Shown piece after piece: positions 11,115 through 19,389 of a stretch of DNA of 64,000 nt. A program made the position numbers and the translations under genes. The stretch's first letter is position 1; each line of letters opens with the position of its first letter. Below the pieces are notes generated by a model. The model did no database searches. It saw only the letters and a program-made list of their open reading frames with translations, and was not told where the DNA came from. Source of the DNA: an uncultured delta proteobacterium (GTDB lineage Bacteria > Myxococcota > Myxococcia > Myxococcales > Anaeromyxobacteraceae); assembly GCA_963845515.1 (NCBI GenBank), contig CAWJSR010000012.1:1-64000 (forward strand). The letters run 5' to 3'.

Positions 11115-12296
11115 GCGCGGCGGTTCCACACCAATCCGCGCCGCTGGGACACCGACCGTGACGGGCTCTCCGACGGTGACGAGGTGCGCAGGTACAAGAC
11201 GAACCCGCGCAAGGCCGACACCGACCGTGACGGGCTCTCCGACGGTGACGAGGTGCGCAGGTACAAGACGAACCCGCGCAAGGCCGACACCGACCGCGAC
11301 GGCATCTCCGACGGCGACGAGGTCGGCGCCGGCAGCGATCCGCGCAACCCCGCGAGCCCCGGCACCGGCACTCCCGGAGGCGGCGGCACGCCCCCCGGGA
11401 CCGGCGGCGGCACACCGCCCGGTGGTGGCACGCCCCCCGGGACCGGCGGCGGCACACCGCCCGGTGGTGGCGGGACGCCCCCGACCGGCGGCGGCACCCG
11501 CCCGCCGACGTGACGGCGCCGCAGACGACGCTCGTGAACGGCACGAGCGGCGCGCAGGCCGCCACGACCGCGACCTTCACCTTCAGCGCAGACGAGACGG
11601 CGACGTTCGAGTGCCGCCTCGACGGCGGGGCCTACCTGCCCTGCACCTCGCCCAAGTCCTACACCGCGCTCGCCGACGGGCCGCACACGTTCGACGTCCG
11701 GGCCAGGGACACCGCCGGCAACGTCGATACGACGCCGGAGTCCGCCGCCTGGTCGGTCGACGCGACGGCGCCGGTGACGAGCATCACTGCGGGCCCGTCC
11801 GGCACGACCACCTCCACCACCGCGCAGATCGAGTTCTCCGCCGACGAGGACGCCACTTTCCAGTGCCGCCTCGACGGCGGCGCCTGGGCGGCCTGCACCT
11901 CCGCCGTCGTGCTCACCGAACTCGCTCTGGGGCTCCCACACGTTCGAGGTCCGGGCCACCGACGCGGTTGGCAACACGGACGCGACCCCCGCCCAGCGCA
12001 CCTGGACGGTCGAGCAGCTCGTCCCCGACACGACGATCACGGGCGGCCCGAGCGGCACGACCACGGAGTTCTCGGCGACGCTGACGTTCACCTCCCCCGA
12101 TCCGGGCGTCACGTTCGAGTGCCGGCTGAACGGCTCGGCGTGGGAGGCCTGCACCTCGCCGACGTTCTACCCGGACCTGCTGCCGGGCGACCAGCTCTTC
12201 GAGGTCCGCGCGAAGACCCTCGGCGGCGGCGTCGTCGACCCGACGCCCGCGAGCCGGACGCGGACCGTCGACGATCAGGGCGGCGGGATCAGCTGA
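11115..12296 (+). CDS. 3' fragment of a surface protein: Ca-binding DTDxDGLSDGDE repeats, Gly/Pro/Thr linker and three Ig-like repeats; frameshifted
   Basis: DTDRDG(L/I)SDGDEV x3; GGGTPP linker; three TF(E/Q)CRL(D/N)GxA(Y/W)xxCTS..F(D/E)VRA units. Confidence 0.75.
11148..11325 (+). repeat. 69-bp coding tandem repeat (two identical copies plus a partial, diverged third)
   Basis: Unit starts GACACCGACCG at 11148, 11217 and 11286. Confidence 0.9.
11385..11468 (+). repeat. 42-bp coding tandem repeat (GTPPGTGGGTPPGG)
   Basis: Identical units start at 11385 and 11427. Confidence 0.85.
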
Positions 12297-13087
12297 ACAG
12301 CGGGGCGATGCAGCCGGCGGCGATCTCGGCCGCCTCGGGGCCGGGCAGCTCGGTGACCTCGATGCCGATCACGGTCGCGGCGCTCGGCCACCTCGGCGCA
12401 GCATGCGCCGCAGCCCCTCGGCGCTGAAGCCGCCGGTCGCCGGGAAGGTGAAGCCCGGCGATGACGCTCGGATCGAGGACGTCGAGGTCGAGGTGCACGA
12501 AGACCTCGCGGCCGGCCAGCGCGTCGGCCAGCCGCGAGGGCCGGTCGACGCGGCGAGACGTCGTGGCGTCTCGAGCAGCACGCAGCTCGCCCGGCGTCGA
12601 CGTCCCGTACGCCGCACATCACGACGCGCGTCGGGTCGAGCGCCGGACGGTCGAAGCCGGCGTCCCAGACGCCGCACGCGCCGGCCAGGCACATGCCGCC
12701 CAGGAACCGGGAGGGCGAGGTCTCGGGCGAGTTGAAGTCGCCGTGCGCGTCGAGCCACAGCACGAACGCGTCGGGGCGGTCGCGCGCGAGCGACCGGCAG
12801 CGTCGTGACGCAGATCGAGCAGTGCGCCGGCGCAGAGGACCGGGAACGTGCCGTCGTGGAAGGCGTCGGAGAGCTGGCCGCCGGCCTCCAGCAGGCAGCC
12901 GCGCGCGTCGCGCAGGTCCTCGTCGTACGTGCTGTCGCGCGACCTCCCCGGGCGAGCCGACGAGCCGCGGCTGCACGCCGGCCGCTCCGCGATCGCCTCG
13001 GCGACGGCCTGCGCGCCTCGCGCGGAAGCCCTCGCGGTGCGCTCGGGCGTGCGGCAGAGCAGTCGACGACGGCCGCGTCGGGGTCAG
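12289..13087 (-). CDS. Arginase/ureohydrolase-family protein; several frameshifts, start approximate
   Basis: Metal-binding motifs LWLDAHGDFN, GVRDVD and HLDLDVLDP. Confidence 0.8.
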
Positions 13088-13860
13088 CGGCCCTTCCACT
13101 CGGGTCACGCTTCTCGAAGAACGCCTTCACGCCCTCGCTGGATGTCCTCGGTCGCGAACGCGAGCGCGAGCTGGGCGCGCAGGTAGTCGAGCGCGTCGTC
13201 GAGCGCCATGTCCTGCTGGCGCCACATCGCGTCCTTGCCCAGCCGCATGAGCAGCGGCGACTTCGCCGCGAGCCGCCGGCCCAGTCGGCGACCGCGGCGT
13301 CGAACTCGTCGTCGGCCACGACGCGGTTGACGATCCCCAGCTCCGCTCGGCCTCGCGCGCGTCGATGCGCTCGCCGAGCAGCAGCAGCTCGGTCGCCTTC
13401 TTGCGCGGGACGTTGCGGTAGATCAGCGCCATGATCATGAACGGGAAGACGCCGACGTTGATCTCCGGCGTGCCGAAGGTCGCCGACTCCTGGCGATCAT
13501 CAGGTCGCAGGCCAGCGCGACGCCGAGCGCGCCCGCCAGCACGTGCCCGTTGGCGGCGCAGATCGTCGGCTTGCCGAGCGTGCCGATCAGCGCGGAAGAG
13601 CCGCGGGAAGCGGCCGTGCCGGTGTACTTGTGGGCCAGCGGCACGTCCGCGCGAAGCCGTCGAGGTTGCCGCCGACGAGAACGTCGTCTCGTGCGTGGAG
13701 GCGAGCACGACGACGCGCGCGTCGTCGTCGTCGGCGGCCGTCGAAGGCTGCGAGCAGCGCGTCGAGCAGCTCGTCGCGAGAGCGCGTTGCGCGTGTCGGG
13801 CTGGTTGAGGCTGATCGTCGCGACGCCGTCGGCGCAGGCGTAGAGCACGGGCTCGGACAT
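13084..13860 (-). CDS. Enoyl-CoA hydratase/isomerase family protein; frameshifted
   Basis: VATISLNQPDTRNALS; KPTICAANGHVLAG; FGTPEINVGVFP; EGVKAFFEKR. Confidence 0.88.
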
Positions 13861-13886
13861 GCGCCGGACCGTACAGGTCACGCCGC

Positions 13887-13934
13887 AAAGGAACGCCGCC
13901 CGCCGTGGCCGGGGCGTGCCCGGCCGCGGCGGGC
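13887..13934 (-). terminator. Intrinsic-terminator-like hairpin
   Basis: On the minus strand GCCCGCCGCGGCCGGG-CACGC-CCCGGCCACGGCGGGC, followed by GGCGTTCCTTT. Confidence 0.55.
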
Positions 13935-14110
13935 TCCGGCGCAGCGAGGAGCGAGACGGGGAGGAGCCGTCGCCGTTCCTGCGCGGTGCGTGGGCTTCGC
14001 ATCTGCACGACCGTCACCGTCACGGGCTTCGCTCTACCCGGTTCACCGCCGCCTCAACGTTCGCTCAGGACTCCGCGACAGTAGGAAGAGGGAAGTCTAC
14101 TGTTCACTTT
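13887..14110 (-). ncRNA. Candidate structured small RNA of about 220 nt
   Basis: Upstream TTGACG-N17-TAGACT promoter, several hairpins with C/U-rich loops, and a strong 3' hairpin with a U-rich tail; no convincing ORF. Confidence 0.45.
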
Positions 14111-14116
14111 CCCGCG

Positions 14117-14145
14117 AGTCTACGCTTACGGTCCGCGCTCGTCAA
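14117..14145 (-). promoter_or_regulatory. Housekeeping-sigma promoter
   Basis: Minus strand TTGACG (14145-14140), 17-bp spacer, TAGACT (14122-14117). Confidence 0.6.
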
Positions 14146-14183
14146 GCCCCGTCCAGGCCACCGGAGGTTAGTTCCCAGCCGAC

Positions 14184-14595
14184 ATGCCGCTCGACCGACC
14201 TCAAGCCCGACTTCGGCGCGAAGCGAGGCAGCCACTTCTCTTCACCGACGAGCACGAGGCGCTGCGGAGACGGTCCGGGCCTTCGGCCAGCAGCGAGCTG
14301 GCGCCGCACTCCGAGGAGTGGGAGGAGACGGGCTTCCCGGACTCCGTCTTCCACCGCATGGGCGAGCTGGGGTTCCTGGGGCCTCGACAAGCCCGAGGAG
14401 TACGGCGGGCAGGGCGGCGACTACTACACCGCGCTCGTCCTCGGTGAGGAGATGGCGCACGCCCAGTCCGGCGGCGTCGCGATGGGCGTCGCGGTCCACA
14501 CGGACATGGCGATGCCGCCGATCCTCGCCTTCGGCACCGAGGAGCAGAAGCAGGAGTGGGTCGTGCCGGCGATCAAGGGCGAGAAGATCCTCTGT
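14184..14595 (+). CDS. Acyl-CoA dehydrogenase, N-terminal fragment; frameshifted and cut at the junction
   Basis: FTDEHEALR; MGELGFLG; PEEYGGQG; FGTEEQKQEWVVPAIKGEKILC. Confidence 0.85.
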
Positions 14596-15672
14596 TGGCT
14601 CGAAGGGAGCGGCGTGGAGGCGGTGTTCGTGGGGGCGCAGTCACGCGGCCGCCCGCAGCGGGAGGCGCGGGCGGCGCTCGCGGACGGGCGCGCCCGGATC
14701 GCCATCGGCACCCACGCGCTGCTCGAGGAGGGCGTCGCCTTCGAGCGGCTCGGGCTCGCGGTCGTCGACGAGCAGCACCGCTTCGGCGTCGAGCAGCGCG
14801 CCTCGCTGGCGAAGAAGGGGCGGCGCCTGGACGTGCTGGTGATGACGGCGACGCCGATCCCCCGGACGCTCGCGCTCGCCTTCTACGGCGACCTCGACCA
14901 GTCCAAGATCGACGAGCTGCCGCCCGGCCGCGCGCCGGTCGCGACCCGCGTCTTCGGCGACTCCCAGCGCAAGGCGGCGTACGCGCTCGCGAGGAAGGAG
15001 CTGGACGCGGGGCGGCAGGCCTACGTCGTCTACCCGCTGGTCGCGGAGTCGGAGAAGAGCGACCTCGCCGACGCGACGAGCGGCGCCGAGGCCCTGCGCA
15101 AGGTCTTCGACGGCCACGAGGTCGGCCTCCTCCACGGCCAGCTCAAGGCGGAGGAGAAGCAGGCGGTCATGGACAGGTTCCGCGCCGGCGGCATCCGCGT
15201 CCTCGTCGCGACCACCGTCATCGAGGTCGGCGTCGACGTCCCGAACGCCACGGTCATGATCGTGGAGCACGCCGAGCGCTTCGGCCTCTCGCAGCTCCAC
15301 CAGCTGCGGGGGAGGGTCGGGCGCGGCGCCGTCCAGAGCCACTGCCTCCTCCTGGCCCACTTCAAGCGGGCAGGGGACGACGCCCGCGAGCGGCTGGAGG
15401 CGATGGTCCGCACCCAGGACGGCTTCGAGATCGCCCGGGTGGACCTGAAGCTTCGGGGGCCCGGCGAGCTGCTGGGGACGCGTCAGGCCGGCCAGCGGCT
15501 CCTCGAGGTGGCCGACCTCTATCGCGACGAGGCGATCCTCGAGGAGGCGCGCGCCGAGGCCTTCGCGCTGGTCGAGGCGGACCCGGCGCTCGGCAGCCCC
15601 GAGAACGCCGCCGCGGGAGAGGCGCTGCAGCAGCGGTGGGCGGGTCGGCTCTCGCTCGCCCAGGTGGGGTAG
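14596..15672 (+). CDS. recG: ATP-dependent DNA helicase RecG, C-terminal half only
   Basis: IGTHAL, VVDEQHRFGV, MTATPIPRTL, TTVIEVGVDVPNA, QLHQLRGRVGRG, DLKLRGPGELLGTRQ. Confidence 0.93.
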   Translation, partial: WLEGSGVEAVFVGAQSRGRPQREARAALADGRARIAIGTHALLEEGVAFERLGLAVVDEQHRFGVEQRASLAKKGRRLDVLVMTATPIPRTLALAFYGDLDQSKIDELPPGRAPVATRVFGDSQRKAAYALARKELDAGRQAYVVYPLVAESEKSDLADATSGAEALRKVFDGHEVGLLHGQLKAEEKQAVMDRFRAGGIRVLVATTVIEVGVDVPNATVMIVEHAERFGLSQLHQLRGRVGRGAVQSHCLLLAHFKRAGDDARERLEAMVRTQDGFEIARVDLKLRGPGELLGTRQAGQRLLEVADLYRDEAILEEARAEAFALVEADPALGSPENAAAGEALQQRWAGRLSLAQVG

Positions 15673-15720
15673 CCTCCTGGGTTCCGACCGTGAAGTGCGG
15701 CCCGGGGCTATGATCCGCAC

Positions 15721-16365
15721 GTGAGCGAAGAGCTGGCGCGCGACCTGCGGCGGATGGGCATCCGGGACGACCGGGTCCTGGAGGCGATGGCCGCGACCCC
15801 TCGCCGGCGCTTCGTGCCCGAGGACTTCCAGTCGCGCGCAGACGGCGACCACCCGCTCCCGATCGGCTTCGGCCAGACCATCTCGCAGCCGTTCATGGTC
15901 GCCTGGATGACCGAGCTGCTCGAGCTGTCGGGCACCGAGCGGGTCCTGGAGGTCGGGACCGGCTCCGGGTACCAGGCCGCGATCCTGGCGCGGCTCTGTG
16001 CGCGGGTCTACACCGTGGAGCTGCTCACGGCGCTCTCGGAGCGGGCGCGCGCGATCCTCGCGCAGCTCGGGATCGAGAACGTCTCGCTCCGGCAGGGGGA
16101 CGGCGCGCTCGGCTGGCCCGAGGAGGCGCCCTTCGATCGGGTGATCGTGACCGCCGCGGCGATCCGGACCCCGCCGGCGCTGCTGGACCAGCTGCGCCCC
16201 GGCGGGCGGATGGTCATCCCGATCGGCGCCGAGCACGACGTCCAGTACGTGCACCTGCTCACCAGGGACGCCTCCGGGGCCGTCTTCGACCGGGAGCTCC
16301 TCGCGGTGCGCTTCGTCCCGCTGCGAAGCGCCGAGGGCGGGGTTGGGCTAGGATTGGGCGAATGA
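15721..16365 (+). CDS. pcm: Protein-L-isoaspartate O-methyltransferase
   Basis: GQTISQP, VLEVGTGSGYQAA, APFDRVIVTAA, QLRPGGRMVIP. Confidence 0.93.
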   Translation: MSEELARDLRRMGIRDDRVLEAMAATPRRRFVPEDFQSRADGDHPLPIGFGQTISQPFMVAWMTELLELSGTERVLEVGTGSGYQAAILARLCARVYTVELLTALSERARAILAQLGIENVSLRQGDGALGWPEEAPFDRVIVTAAAIRTPPALLDQLRPGGRMVIPIGAEHDVQYVHLLTRDASGAVFDRELLAVRFVPLRSAEGGVGLGLGE

Positions 16366-16911
16366 TCGTCTGCCCAGTCTGCGAGCACCCCCAGCAGTCC
16401 GGCGCCGAGTGCGAAGTCTGCGGAAAGCGCTTCGCCCCAGGAGCCCTCCCGGTCCCGCCCGTCGCGCGGATGGAGGGGCTGGAGCCGACCCTCCACGACG
16501 CGGTCGACGTCGACCCCTTCGCGATGCCCTCCATCCCGGAGCTGGAGCCGACCCTCGCGGCGCCCGTCGACGCCCCGGAGGTGCGGACCCCGGACATCGA
16601 TCCCACGAGCGCGGCTCCGGTCGACGTGGACTCGGAGGCGATGCCGGACATCGAGCGCATCGGGGACGAGATCCCGGTGGACGCGCCGACGGGCCTCCCC
16701 ATCGCCCCGGTCTGCCGCTACTGCCGCACGCCGGCCGTGCCTGGTGAGCGGCTCTGCAGCCGCTGCGGGATGCGGCTCCCCGTGATCGACACGCCGCCTC
16801 GTCCCGGAGGGGACCGAGGGGCTCCACCTGTGCACCAACTGCGGCGCGATGACGACCCGCGAGCTCTGTCCTGCGTGCGGCAACCGGCTGACTCCGGCGG
16901 CGCTGGAGTAG
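16362..16911 (+). CDS. Zinc-ribbon protein with acidic internal repeats; frameshift near 16810
   Basis: CPVC..CEVC, CRYC..CSRC, and in the shifted frame CTNC..CPAC; repeats LEPTL..VD. Confidence 0.65.
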
Positions 16912-16981
16912 CGCCGCTCGCCTTGCCAAACCGCCTGCGCCGCGGCAGATTGGCGCCCCCGAATCCCGAGGGTTCCAGCCC

Positions 16982-18341
16982 ATGTCGATGCTTCCTCCGT
17001 CCGCCTGGTTCCGCTGCAGCGAAGGCTGCGACTTCCGCGCCGACCTGACCGAAGTGGTCTACACCTGCCGCAAGTGCGGCGGCCTGCTGGAGGTCGAGCA
17101 CGACGTCGCGGCGCTCGCGACGCGCAGCCGCTTCCGACTGGAAGGCGCTCTTCGACAGCCGCTTCAAGCTGGGCCCATGGCCGTTCGGCTCGGGCGTCTG
17201 GGGGAAGAAGGAGTGGGTGTTCCCGCAGGTCGGCGTGGAGAACGTCGTCTCGATGTTCGAGGGGGGCAGCCCGCTCCTGCGGATCGACCGTTACGCGCAC
17301 GAGATCGGCCTGGAGGACGTCTGGCTCAAGGAGTGCGGCGTCACGCACACGGGCTCCTTCAAGGACCTGGGGATGACGGTCCTCGTCTCGGCGGTGAAGG
17401 AGATGCGGGCCCGCGGCAAGCAGATCCGTGCCGTGGCCTGCGCCTCGACCGGCGACACCTCGGCGGCCCTGTCCGCCTACTGCGCTGCCGCCGGGATCCC
17501 GAGCGTCGTGCTGCTGCCGCGCGGGAAGATCTCGACCGCCCAGCTCGTCCAGCCGATCTCCAACGGGGCGCTGGTCCTCGAGCTGGACACCGACTTCGAC
17601 GGCTGCATGAGGGTCGTGAAGGAGCTCTCGCAGACGCCCGACATCTACCTCGCGAACTCGATGAACTCGCTCCGGATCGAGGGGCAGAAGACGGCCTCGA
17701 TCGAGATCGCGCAGCAGCTCGGCTGGTCCTCGCCCGACTGGATCGTGATCCCGGGCGGCAACCTCGGGAACGCCAGCGCGGTGGGCAAGGGCTTCGTCCT
17801 GATGAAGGAGCTGGGCGTGATCGACCGGCTCCCACGGCTGGTGGTCGCGCAGGCCGAGAACGCCAACCCCCTCTGGCGCGCGACCGCTGGCGCCGGGCGC
17901 AAGGCCTCCCCCGGCGTGAAGGTGGAGCCGATCACGGCGAAGAAGACGCTCGCCTCCGCCATCCAGATCGGCGACCCGGTCTCCGCGAAGCGCGCCCTGC
18001 GCGCCCTCGAGGCGCTCGACGGAATCGTCGAGCAGGCGTCCGAGCAGGAGCTGGCCGATGCGTCGGCGCGCGCAGACCTCGCGGGCATGTTCACCTGCCC
18101 GCACACGGGGGTGGCGCTCGCCGCGCTCGAGAAGCTCGCGGCGCGCGGGGTCATCAAGCGGAGCGACCACGTGGTGGTCGTCTCCACGGCGCACGGGCTC
18201 AAGTTCTCCGACTTCAAGGTCGGCTACCACGAGGCGTCGCTGCCCGGGCTGAAGTCGCCCCTCCGGAACGCAAGCGTCAAGCTCGCGCCGACCCTGGACG
18301 CGGTTCACGACGCGATCGCCGCCCGCTTCGGGCGCAGCTAG
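16982..18341 (+). CDS. thrC: Threonine synthase; frameshift near 17135
   Basis: [10 protein letters not shown] (PLP lysine), [30 protein letters not shown]. Confidence 0.92.
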
Positions 18342-18352
18342 GGAGGGAGCGC

Positions 18353-18724
18353 ATGGCCAACCCCGATGGCGTCCAGCCGCGCGACGAGACGGCGCTCCGC
18401 GCAGAGCACGACGCGCTGGCCCGGAAGCTCGAGGTTCGCCGCTCCGTCGACGAGCTGCGCACGGCGGCCTACTCCGGCTTCGCGGCCGCGCTCTCCTTCG
18501 GACTGACGATCAAGTTCACGTGGGATCGCTGGTTCTCGAAGCTCCCGAGGACCTCCCCGCGCGGCCGCTACCCGATCCTGGTGATCCTCGCGGCCATCCT
18601 CTTCGCCGTGCTCCTCTGGGTCGCCCTTCGGGCGGCGAGGCGCGCGCGCGCCCACCGGGAGGTCGAGGAGCGGCTGGCGGTCCGGTTCGAGGAGCTCCGC
18701 CGGATGCTGAGGCTCGACCCGTGA
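18353..18724 (+). CDS. Small membrane protein with two predicted TM helices
   Basis: GGAGGGAG RBS then ATG at 18353; hydrophobic stretches; GTGA coupling to tmk. Confidence 0.7.
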   Translation: MANPDGVQPRDETALRAEHDALARKLEVRRSVDELRTAAYSGFAAALSFGLTIKFTWDRWFSKLPRTSPRGRYPILVILAAILFAVLLWVALRAARRARAHREVEERLAVRFEELRRMLRLDP

Positions 18725-19389
18725 CCACCCCGGGCCGCAGGAAGCGGGCGCCGCGGGGACGCTTCATCGTCGTCGAGGGGATCGACGGCGCGGGGACCAC
18801 CACGCAGGCGAGGCGCCTCGGCGAGCGGCTGAAGGGCACCGGTCGCCGCGTCCACGTCACCTCGGAGCCGTCCGGGGGGCCGGTCGGGGGGCTCCTGCGC
18901 CAGGTCCTCTCCGGCAGGCTGCGCGGCCGCGCACCGGACGGTGCCTTCGACGCAGAGGCCCTCGCGCTGCTCTTTGCCGCCGATCGCCTCGACCACGCCC
19001 GCTCGGAGATCCTCCCCGCGCTGGAGGCCGGGCTCGACGTGATCTCGGATCGCTACACGCTCTCGTCGCTCGCCTACCAGGCGCTCACCACCGGCGATGC
19101 GCGATGGGTCCAGTCGATCAACGCGCGCGCCCCGGCGCCCGACGTGACGCTCTTCCTGCGCGTCGGCCCGTCGGTCGCCTTCGCGCGCCGGCGCTCGGCT
19201 TCCCACGAGCGCGAGATCTACGAGAAGGCCGCTTTCCAGCGGCGCGTCGCCGAGGCCTATGACCGGGCCATCGCGGGGCTGCGCCGCAGGGGAGAGCGGA
19301 TCGAGATCCTCGACGGCTCCGCTCCTCCCGACGCCGTGTCGGCCGAGATCGACCGGGTGCTCGCGACGATCAGCCCAGCGCGACCCTGA
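18721..19389 (+). CDS. tmk: Thymidylate kinase
   Basis: FIVVEGIDGAGTTTQ, LLFAADR, VISDRYTLSSLAYQ. Confidence 0.93.
   Translation: MTTPGRRKRAPRGRFIVVEGIDGAGTTTQARRLGERLKGTGRRVHVTSEPSGGPVGGLLRQVLSGRLRGRAPDGAFDAEALALLFAADRLDHARSEILPALEAGLDVISDRYTLSSLAYQALTTGDARWVQSINARAPAPDVTLFLRVGPSVAFARRRSASHEREIYEKAAFQRRVAEAYDRAIAGLRRRGERIEILDGSAPPDAVSAEIDRVLATISPARP

Noticed and set aside
11148..11468. Tandem repeats as a possible CRISPR array
   Set aside because: Units are 69 and 42 bp, multiples of 3, contiguous with no unique spacers, and encode protein repeats; no cas genes are present.
13543..15672. 709-aa ORF as a novel ACAD-RecG fusion protein
   Set aside because: The N-terminal part is non-coding read-through and both enzyme halves are truncated; a chimeric junction explains it better.
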